DNA of 32,000 bases. It comes from Delftia acidovorans NBRC 14950 (GTDB lineage: Bacteria > Pseudomonadota > Gammaproteobacteria > Burkholderiales > Burkholderiaceae_C). Where the stretch lies: contig NZ_BCZP01000032.1 of assembly GCF_001598795.1 (NCBI RefSeq), positions 15,567 to 47,566 of the forward strand, written 5' to 3'. Below are positions 1 through 7,031 of the stretch, in pieces (the first letter of the stretch is position 1; every line of letters starts with the position of its first letter). The notes beneath the pieces were generated by a model. It saw only the letters and a program-made list of their open reading frames with translations. It did no database searches and had not been told where the DNA came from. Made by a program: the position numbers and the translations under genes.

Positions 1-1113
1 GGTGCCGGTCAGCGAGCACTCGATGGCCGTGCCGCACAGCTCGGAGTCCCCCTGCGAGGCATGCGGATCGCCCACGGTGAAGTTGGCCCCTGGCACGGCC
101 ACGGGGAAATACATGGTCGCCCCCTTGCCGATGCGCCAGTTGTCGATGTTGCCGCCCGTGTGGTTGGGTGGAATGGAGCTGGCCATCTCCACCTCGGCCG
201 GCGCCACGCCGATGGTGCCGAAGTGCGGGCGCACGGGAACGCGGATATTGCGCAGCACGTTTTCGTTCTTGCTGATCGTGCGGTGGTCCACGGGCACGCC
301 CGGATAGTCGATGGTCGGGTGGACCACGCCGAAGGGGTCGGTCTGCGGCGTCCAGCGGTAGTTGTAGACGGCGCGGGCCCAGTTGCGCTCGCCGGTCGCA
401 TCCACCTCGTAGATGGTGACCACCTCGCGCTTTCGGGGCTCGGTGAGCGTGTCGCCATAGTGAAAGCCCCAGTTCGCCGCCGCATTGCTGCCGAAGGTCC
501 GGCCCTTGAATTGCGGGTTGCCCGAGGGGCGTGGCACCACATCAATGATGCGCACTTCCAGCACATCGCCGGGCTGGGCGCCCTTGATGCGTACCGGCCC
601 CGTGCAGATGTGCACGCCCTGGCCTCCGCCTGCGCCGTTCTTGGCATCCATGGGACCGGCGCCCCGGCGATCGACGTTCTTGCGCTGGCTGTCCCAGTGG
701 AACACGCTCTCGGCGCCAGGGTCGCCCCGGACCATGCGTTCGGCATCGTCATTGGCATGGTGGGTCAGCGTCTCCATGGTCACGTAGTCACCCGATTCGA
801 CTTCGACCACCGGCTTGGCCGATCTGCTGAAGTAGCCCCAGAGCACGGTGCTGGCAGAGGCGGGAATGTAGTAGTGGCTGGCCATGCCCTGGCCGGCCCG
901 GGCGCCAGGCGCGCCCTGGGCAAAGGCCCGGGACGGTGCCATCGCGCCGCTGATGGCGCCGGCCGAGACCGCGCCGCCACCGACCACCATGGCGTCGCGC
1001 AGGAAGGAACGGCGTGCAACCTGGAATTCCTCGCGGATCAGCTTCTCATCGGCTGGCGAGGCACCGTGCTGGCAGCCCGGGCCGCAGATATGTTCTTGGT
1101 GGGGGATGGTCAT
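1..1113 (-). CDS. acetamidase/formamidase (FmdA/AmdA) family amidase with a twin-arginine signal; the 3' end lies beyond the window
   Basis: Absent from the ORF track because it has no stop inside the window. My translation of the reverse strand from ATG 1113-1111 gives MTIPHQEHICGPGCQHGASPADEKLIREEFQVARRSFLRDAMVVGGGAVSAGAISGAMAPSRAFAQG...HYYIPASASTVLWGYFSRS...GVHICTGP...GDPHASQGDSELCGTAIECSLTGT. AGGAG lies 8 nt upstream of the ATG. RRSFLRD plus a hydrophobic stretch plus AFA forms a Tat signal. It is clearly paralogous to the domain encoded at 2435-3706. Confidence 0.85.
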   Translation of the reverse strand, partial: MTIPHQEHICGPGCQHGASPADEKLIREEFQVARRSFLRDAMVVGGGAVSAGAISGAMAPSRAFAQGAPGARAGQGMASHYYIPASASTVLWGYFSRSAKPVVEVESGDYVTMETLTHHANDDAERMVRGDPGAESVFHWDSQRKNVDRRGAGPMDAKNGAGGGQGVHICTGPVRIKGAQPGDVLEVRIIDVVPRPSGNPQFKGRTFGSNAAANWGFHYGDTLTEPRKREVVTIYEVDATGERNWARAVYNYRWTPQTDPFGVVHPTIDYPGVPVDHRTISKNENVLRNIRVPVRPHFGTIGVAPAEVEMASSIPPNHTGGNIDNWRIGKGATMYFPVAVPGANFTVGDPHASQGDSELCGTAIECSLTGT

Positions 1114-1156
1114 CGAAAATACTCCTGCTGTTGTGGATCGGTGCCGGCAGCGCCAG

Positions 1157-1179
1157 TGTCCAGGCGAGCATGTCCAGGC
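1157..1179. promoter_or_regulatory. direct repeat TGTCCAGGC x2 (1157-1165 and 1171-1179) in the divergent amidase/araC promoter region; candidate operator
   Basis: Exact 9-bp direct repeat with a 14-bp period in the 160-bp divergent intergenic region. A partial inverted copy (TTGGACAGG) sits near 1237-1245. Confidence 0.3.
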
Positions 1180-1273
1180 CGGTTGTTCCTGCGCGCACAA
1201 AAACTTGTCGCGACTGCCATCCGGTGCGCCGGGCTTGGACAGGCTGTACGCGGGCGTTCATAGTTCGCCCCTG

Positions 1274-3706
1274 ATGCACGACGATCCAAGACGCTTTTCC
1301 ACCCACGCATTTCCCGATGCCTTGCGGCAGGCTGCGCTCAATGAGGCGCTGTCCAGGGCAGACATCCATGGCGAAGCGCCCACGCCACCGGCCACCCACC
1401 TGGCGCTGCGCAGCTCGTCACTGGGATCGGTGTTCATCACGCTGGCCACCTCGCCGCTGACGCTGCAGGCCGTGGCCAAGCGGCTGCGCGGCCCGGGCCT
1501 GCTGCTGTGCGCCTTGCTGCAAGGCAGCGCCGATGCGGTGATCGAGGACGCCGCGTTCCCGATCAAGGCCGGCTCGGCCCTGCTGCTGGAGTCAGACCGG
1601 GACTGGCAGCTGCAGTTGCCCGGCGACGGCCGCCTGCTGCTTGCGCGGCTGGAGTCCTCGAGCTTTCTGTTGCGCCTGCTGCGCTCGTGCCCGCCCGAGG
1701 CCAGGCACATCGGCGGGACAGGCGGTGTGGGGGCCATGTGCATGGCAATGGCGGCCTCACTGGCAGAGCAGATCGACACACTGGCACAGGACGATCTGCT
1801 GTCGGTGGAGGCCACGCTCACCGACATGCTGGTCACCTGCCTGACACCGCGCGCCGGCAATCCCGACCAGGAGCAGGCCGAGGCGACCGAGCCGCCAAGC
1901 GCCGTGCAGCTTGGCCATCTGCGCCGCATCTGCCGCGCCATCGAAACCCGGCTGGGCGATGCCGAGCTGTCCATCGATGCCATCGCCGACGCCGAGGGGC
2001 TGTCCACACGCTATCTGCAAAAGCTGTTCAAGGGGGCGGCCACCAGCTTCAGCACCTACCTGCGCGAACGCCGGCTGGAGCGCTGCCGCATGGACCTGAG
2101 CAACCGCTCGCTGCAGCATTTCTCCATTGCCGAGCTGTGCTTTCGCTGGGGCTTTGGCGATGCCGCCAACTTCAGCCGCGCTTTCACGGCCCGCTATGGT
2201 CTGTCCCCCAAGGCCTATCGCGCCAGTCCGGCGCGCGTGCAGGATGCGCCGCCCGGCCAGCGCGGACGCCCCTCGCCCGCCGAGAGCGCTGCGCAGGGTG
2301 CAGAACCGGCCGCAGCGCGCCTGGCACACAGCCCGTTCCAGGCCCTGCTGCGCGACCATGCACGCTACGCCCAGGCGCTGGCCCTTGTGCCCAAGCGCTC
2401 GGCGCACGCAGACAATGGCGGTGCGTCGCCCCAGCATTACTACCTTCCGGTCTCCGACAAGACCGTGCACTGGGGCTACCTGAGCCGTTCGCTCAAGCCC
2501 GTGCTTTCGGTGCGCTCGGGTGACGTGGTGACCATGGAGACGCTGACCCAGCATGCCTCGGACGACTGGGAACGCATGATCGAGGGCGATCCGGGCGCCG
2601 AAAGCGTGTTCCACTGGACCGCGGCCCAGAAGGCCGTGGACCGGCGCGGCGCGGGCCCGATGGACGCCTCGATCTACGGCCGCGGCGCGGGCGAGGGCTT
2701 CGGCGTGCACATCTGCACCGGCCCCATCTATGTGCATGAGGCCGAACCCGGCGACCTGCTGGAGATACGCATCCTCGACGTGCAGCCACGCCCCAGCTGC
2801 AGCCCCGCCCACCACGGCCGTGTCTTCGGCAGCAACGCCGCCGCCTGGTGGGGCTTTCACTACCGCGACCAGATCACGGAGCCCCGCCAGCGCGAAGTGG
2901 TCACCATCTACGAAATCGACCACGCACTGCCCGAGGAGCCCACGGCCCGCGCTGTCTACAACTACCGCTGGACGCCGCAGACCGACCCGTTCGGCGTGGT
3001 CCATCCGACCATCGACTACCCGGGCGTGCCCGTGGACCCCGCCACCATCACCCGGCGCTTTGGTGTGCTGGACAAGGCACGCGTGCCGCTGCGTCCGCAT
3101 TTCGGCATGCTGGCCGTGGCACCGCGAGAGGCCGGCCTGATCGACTCCATACCGCCGAGCTACTTCGGCGGCAACCTGGACAACTGGCGCGCCGGCAAGG
3201 GCGCGACGCTCTTCCTGCCCGTATCGGTGCCAGGCGCGCTGTTTTCGGTGGGAGACCCGCATGCATCCCAAGGCGACTCGGAACTGTGCGGCACGGCCAT
3301 CGAATGTTCGCTGACCGGCAGCTTCGAGCTGCGGGTGCACAAGCGCGCCGCGCTGGACAACCGCTTCCTTGCAGAGCTGGACCACCCTTTCCTGGAGACC
3401 GGCTCCGAATGGGTGATACAGGGCTTCAGCTTCACCGACCACCTGGCCGAACTGGGCAGCCAGGCGCAGTCCCAGGTCTATCGCAAGTCATCGCTGGAAG
3501 GCGCCATGCGTGACGCCTTCCACAAGGCAAGGCGCTATCTGATGCTGGCCCACGGGCTGGACGAGGACGAGGCCGTATCGCTGATCTCCGTGGCCGTGGA
3601 CTTCGCCGTGACGCAGGTGGTGGACGGCAACTGGGGCGTGCACGCCGTGATCAAGAAGGCGCTGTTTCCGCCGGAACTCTCGGCGTCCGCCCAGGCGGGC
3701 CCATGA
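1274..3706 (+). CDS. AraC-family regulator (N-terminal AraC-type ligand-binding-like domain plus HTH) fused in frame to an acetamidase/formamidase-family domain; about 810 aa
   Basis: Single open frame in the track (884..3706). Starting at ATG 1274 (MHDDPRRF...), the AraC HTH is encoded at about 1908-2222 (LSIDAIADAEGLSTRYLQKLFK...ELCFRWGFGDAANFSRAFTARYGLSPKAYR). A low-complexity linker follows at about 2225-2434. The amidase domain runs 2435-3703 (HYYLPVSDKTVHWGYL...GDPHASQGDSELCGTAIECSLTGS...). No in-frame stop separates the parts. The start codon is uncertain because there is no clear SD. Separate translation of the amidase from in-frame GTG 2387 cannot be excluded. Confidence 0.7.
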   Translation: MHDDPRRFSTHAFPDALRQAALNEALSRADIHGEAPTPPATHLALRSSSLGSVFITLATSPLTLQAVAKRLRGPGLLLCALLQGSADAVIEDAAFPIKAGSALLLESDRDWQLQLPGDGRLLLARLESSSFLLRLLRSCPPEARHIGGTGGVGAMCMAMAASLAEQIDTLAQDDLLSVEATLTDMLVTCLTPRAGNPDQEQAEATEPPSAVQLGHLRRICRAIETRLGDAELSIDAIADAEGLSTRYLQKLFKGAATSFSTYLRERRLERCRMDLSNRSLQHFSIAELCFRWGFGDAANFSRAFTARYGLSPKAYRASPARVQDAPPGQRGRPSPAESAAQGAEPAAARLAHSPFQALLRDHARYAQALALVPKRSAHADNGGASPQHYYLPVSDKTVHWGYLSRSLKPVLSVRSGDVVTMETLTQHASDDWERMIEGDPGAESVFHWTAAQKAVDRRGAGPMDASIYGRGAGEGFGVHICTGPIYVHEAEPGDLLEIRILDVQPRPSCSPAHHGRVFGSNAAAWWGFHYRDQITEPRQREVVTIYEIDHALPEEPTARAVYNYRWTPQTDPFGVVHPTIDYPGVPVDPATITRRFGVLDKARVPLRPHFGMLAVAPREAGLIDSIPPSYFGGNLDNWRAGKGATLFLPVSVPGALFSVGDPHASQGDSELCGTAIECSLTGSFELRVHKRAALDNRFLAELDHPFLETGSEWVIQGFSFTDHLAELGSQAQSQVYRKSSLEGAMRDAFHKARRYLMLAHGLDEDEAVSLISVAVDFAVTQVVDGNWGVHAVIKKALFPPELSASAQAGP

Positions 3707-3719
3707 AGCCCGCCCGGGA

Positions 3720-4532
3720 TCAGACCCGTGCCAGGAAACGCGCGATGCGTTGGGCAATGCGCTCGGGCTGCTCGCGGTGGGGGACGTGGCCGCCGCCGGC
3801 CACGATCTCCACCTCCACCGGGCCGCTGGCGCGGTCGCGGATGCGCTCGGGATGGACCAGGGAGCCGAACTCGTCGAGCTCTCCATGGATGGCCAGCACC
3901 GGGCAGCGCACGCGCTCCAGCGCCTCGTCCAGCCGGTAGTCTGCAAAAGGCGGGGACAGCCAGGTATCGACCCAGGCAGACAGCACCCAGGCGGCCTTGT
4001 CGCCGTGGTATTTCTCCAGGCGCGCAAGCTGGCCGGGCCGGGCGAAATCCTGTTGGGCCGCGCGAATGCCCTGCAAGGTGCGATCTTCCACAAAGGCCTG
4101 GGCGGACTCCGTGATCACCGCCTTGCACTGCGCGCCATATCGGGCCGCCACCATGGCGGCCATGCCGCCGCCCACGCTGTGGCCCAGCACAATGAAATCC
4201 CCAAGGCCCAGCCCCTGGTGCACGGCCGGGAACACGGTCTCTGCCTCCCGGGCCACAAAGCCCGGCCCCAGCGTGCCCGGATAGGGATCGGACTGGCCAA
4301 AGCCCAGCCGGTCATAGGCCAGCACATCGCGGCGCGTGGCCTCGGCCAATTGCTGCGGGAAATCGCGCCACAGCGCCACCGAGCCCAGCGAGTCGTGCAA
4401 CAGCACGATGGGCGCGCGCGCCGGGCCTTGTTCGCCTTCGCCGGCCGCCGGCGCCTGCCAGCGCCTGACGTAGATGCTGCCCTGCGGTGTGGGAATGCGG
4501 ATTTCGTTCAAGGATGCGGGGATGTCGGTCAT
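3720..4532 (-). CDS. alpha/beta-fold hydrolase
   Basis: Track ORF 3720..4802, trimmed to MTDIPASLNEIRIPTPQGSIYV.... It has the nucleophile elbow GHSVGG, a HDSLGS region and a C-terminal GGGHVPH. The upstream 90 aa of the ORF are Arg/Cys-rich junk. In-frame ATGs at 4547 and 4562 are alternative starts. Confidence 0.8.
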   Translation of the reverse strand: MTDIPASLNEIRIPTPQGSIYVRRWQAPAAGEGEQGPARAPIVLLHDSLGSVALWRDFPQQLAEATRRDVLAYDRLGFGQSDPYPGTLGPGFVAREAETVFPAVHQGLGLGDFIVLGHSVGGGMAAMVAARYGAQCKAVITESAQAFVEDRTLQGIRAAQQDFARPGQLARLEKYHGDKAAWVLSAWVDTWLSPPFADYRLDEALERVRCPVLAIHGELDEFGSLVHPERIRDRASGPVEVEIVAGGGHVPHREQPERIAQRIARFLARV

Positions 4533-4765
4533 GCACGAGGAAGGCATCGAAAAAAACTCCATGCCGGTCGGCGCCGGCCCGGCAGACATCATGCGCCTGC
4601 ATGCCGCCAGAGGGCGACACCGTGGCGACGCGCTGGGCGAAATGCGGCAGCTTTTGTCTCTCTCGGGGCAGCTTTTGCGAACCCGGGCGCGCGGGTTCCT
4701 CCGATGGTGAAAGGCCAGGCAGCGGCGTATAAGTTGAAGCCACCCCACGCACGCGAAGGCCTGCC

Positions 4766-5119
4766 ATGTCACACGCTTCCGCTCCCCTGCCCGGCGCCGC
4801 ACAGGCTGCCGTGGACCCGCGCCAGTTCAAGAGCTTTGCCGAGTTCTATCCGTTCTACCTTCAGGAACACAGCAACCGTACCTGCCGGCGCCTGCACTTC
4901 GTCGGCTCCACGCTGGCGCTGCTGTGCCTGTTCGCGCTGTTCCTGACCGGCAATTTCGGGTTCCTGCTCGGCGGCCTGCTGTTCGGCTACGGCTTTGCCT
5001 GGATAGGGCACTTCGGCTTCGAGAAAAACCGGCCCGCCAGCTTCAAGCGCCCGCTGTACAGCTTTCGCGGCGACTGGGTGATGTGGCGCGACATCCTCAC
5101 CGGACGCATTGCACTCTAA
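4766..5119 (+). CDS. DUF962 (Mpo1-like) small membrane protein
   Basis: 117-aa ORF containing FAEFYPFYLQEHSNRTCRRLHFVGS, two hydrophobic helices, and GHFGFEKNRPA...GDWVMWRD, which is characteristic of the DUF962 family. Confidence 0.8.
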   Translation: MSHASAPLPGAAQAAVDPRQFKSFAEFYPFYLQEHSNRTCRRLHFVGSTLALLCLFALFLTGNFGFLLGGLLFGYGFAWIGHFGFEKNRPASFKRPLYSFRGDWVMWRDILTGRIAL

Positions 5120-5135
5120 AGCGCCGCGCCGGGCA

Positions 5136-6482
5136 CTACGGCCGGGGCCGGCTCTCCAGCAGGCTGGCCAGCGTCATGCCCGCCAGGCCCGTGCGCTCCC
5201 ACAGCGGCTGCACGGCCGCGGAAGGCGCCAGCAGCAGGCGTTCGACCAGGGGGGCCAAGGGCGTGTGTTGCGGGTCCACCAGCAGCATGTAGCGGGGCTC
5301 GGTGCCCTCGCTGCCCGCCGCAACGCCAGGCGCCTGCACCGTTCCCACCCAGTCGAGCACGGACAGCGCCTGCAGCACCGGATCGATCTGCTGCCAGTCC
5401 ACATGCAGGCGTCGTGCCAGATCGCTGGCATACAGGCCCTTGGCGGGCGACTCGCGCTCCTGCTCCAGGTACTGCAGGATTTCCACGGCCATCTCGAACT
5501 GCCAGCCCTGCTGTCCGGGCATGCGCTGCACGCCGGCCATGACGATGGGCAGATACGCGGTGACCACGGCGCCCAGCAGCACGATGATCCAGGCCATGTA
5601 GATCCAGATCAGCAGGATCGGCAAGGTGGCAAAGGTGCCGTAGATGACCGAATAGGTAGGCACCGAGGCCAGGTACAGGCCCAGCGCCTTCTTGGCCAGC
5701 TCCATGCAGGTGGCCACGAACAGGCCGCCCACCCAGGCATGGCGCCAGCGCACCGCCGTATTGGGCACGTAGTGGTACAGGCCCGCCATGCCAGCGGCCA
5801 GCGCCAAATACTCGATGGAATCGAAGATGAAGCGCAACCCCTCGGGCAGCGCATTGACCAGCCCGCGCGAGGCCGACATCACATAGGACGACAGCACCAG
5901 GCTCAGGCCCAGCACCAGCGGGCCCAGCGTGATCGCGGCCCAGTAGATCAGCACGCGCTGGCCCAGCGGCCGCAGCTGGCGCACGCGCCAGATGTTGTTG
6001 AGCGTGCGGTCTATGGTGAGGATCAGCGCGACCGCCGTGATCACCAGAATGGAAAAACCGGCCATGCCCAGCTGGCTGGCCTTGGAGGCGAACTGCGTCA
6101 GATAGCCCAGCACCTGGCGCGCAATGGTCTCGGGGATCAGGCTGTCGATCAGCCAGCGCTCCAGCACGATCTGCACGCGCGAGAAGATGGGAAACGCCGT
6201 GAACAGCGCCAGCGCCACCGTGAAGAACGGCACCAGGGCCAGCACCGTGGTGAAGGTCAGGCTGCTGGCGGTGACGCCCAGCCGGTCCTCTCGAAAGCGT
6301 TCGCGCAGCGTGTGCGCGGTATTGCGCCAGGGAAAGCAGCGCAGGCGCTCGCGCCAGGATGGGGGCACCACAGGCTCGGGCCGCTCCATCAGCGAAAGGC
6401 TGCGCTCCTGTTCGGGCGCGGGCAGTGCAACGGCACCGTCCTCCAGGCCACCGGCAGGCTCCTGCCCGGGGCCGCCGCTCAT
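5136..6482 (-). CDS. YihY/BrkB (virulence factor BrkB, formerly RNase BN) family inner-membrane protein
   Basis: Track ORF 5136..6539. It contains LGVTASSLTFTTVLALVPFFTVALALFTAFP...LIYWAAITLGPLVLGLSL and multiple TM helices. The start is set at ATG 6482, 8 nt downstream of GGAG (6494-6491). ATG 6488 is also possible. Confidence 0.85.
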   Translation of the reverse strand: MSGGPGQEPAGGLEDGAVALPAPEQERSLSLMERPEPVVPPSWRERLRCFPWRNTAHTLRERFREDRLGVTASSLTFTTVLALVPFFTVALALFTAFPIFSRVQIVLERWLIDSLIPETIARQVLGYLTQFASKASQLGMAGFSILVITAVALILTIDRTLNNIWRVRQLRPLGQRVLIYWAAITLGPLVLGLSLVLSSYVMSASRGLVNALPEGLRFIFDSIEYLALAAGMAGLYHYVPNTAVRWRHAWVGGLFVATCMELAKKALGLYLASVPTYSVIYGTFATLPILLIWIYMAWIIVLLGAVVTAYLPIVMAGVQRMPGQQGWQFEMAVEILQYLEQERESPAKGLYASDLARRLHVDWQQIDPVLQALSVLDWVGTVQAPGVAAGSEGTEPRYMLLVDPQHTPLAPLVERLLLAPSAAVQPLWERTGLAGMTLASLLESRPRP

Positions 6483-6589
6483 CGCCATATCTCCGCTGCA
6501 ACGCGCGTGCCTGAAACGGGAACGCGCGTGACCATCCAAGCAATCACATGTTCAAAGGACAAGACCATGGCCGATATGATGCCACCCCG

Positions 6590-6988
6590 ATGACTGATTC
6601 CATTTCTCGCCCCGGCGCCGATGTCGCCGCCACCCGCTGGCTGGCGGTCTCCAGCCTCATGGGCCTGATCGTGCTGAGCCTGGCCTGGGAACTGTGGCTG
6701 GCGCCCATGCGGCCAGGGGGCTCCTGGCTGGTGCTCAAGGCCCTTCCGCTGGCGATTCCGCTGATCGGCCTGCTCAAGCACCGCATGTATACCTACCGCT
6801 GGGTCAGCCTGCTGGTGTGGATCTATTTCACCGAGGGCGTGGTGCGCGCCTGGAGCGACCCGGCGCCCGGCCGCTGGCTGGCGCTGCTCGAAGTTTTCCT
6901 GTGCCTGATGCTGTTCACCGCCTGCGCCCTGCATGTGCGCTGGCGCCAGCGCAGCGCGCGCCGCGCGGCCCAGGCGGCCGGCGGCTGA
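6590..6988 (+). CDS. DUF2069 family membrane protein
   Basis: Track ORF 6548..6988, trimmed to MTDSISRPGADVAATRWLAVSSLMGLIVLSLAWELWLAP...KHRMYTYRWVSLLVWIYFTEG. It has four hydrophobic segments. DUF2069 beside yihY is a common arrangement in betaproteobacteria. Confidence 0.7.
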   Translation: MTDSISRPGADVAATRWLAVSSLMGLIVLSLAWELWLAPMRPGGSWLVLKALPLAIPLIGLLKHRMYTYRWVSLLVWIYFTEGVVRAWSDPAPGRWLALLEVFLCLMLFTACALHVRWRQRSARRAAQAAGG

Positions 6989-7031
6989 GTCCCCGTTTTC
7001 ATGCCTTCACGTCTTTGAAAGAAGTTGCAAC

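Noticed and set aside
1084-1098. CGPGC in the amidase pre-signal extension as a thioredoxin-like (CGPC) redox motif
   Set aside because: It has one residue too many between the cysteines, there is no surrounding thioredoxin fold, and it lies in a region expected to be removed with, or just ahead of, the Tat signal. Most likely coincidental, or a minor metal or cofactor contact.
61-1263. 400-aa plus-strand ORF and the 9..758 minus-strand ORF at the left edge; also 1757..3442 (-, 561 aa)
   Set aside because: The real gene here is the minus-strand amidase in a third frame (1..1113), which the track omits because it lacks a stop. The listed ORFs are off-frame or antisense shadows. The 1757..3442 ORF is antisense to the AraC-amidase gene.
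884-1273. Upstream 130 codons of the 884..3706 ORF as part of the AraC protein
   Set aside because: This stretch overlaps the N-terminus and SD of the divergent Tat-amidase gene on the opposite strand and translates to non-protein-like sequence. ATG 1274 gives a normal AraC N-terminus.
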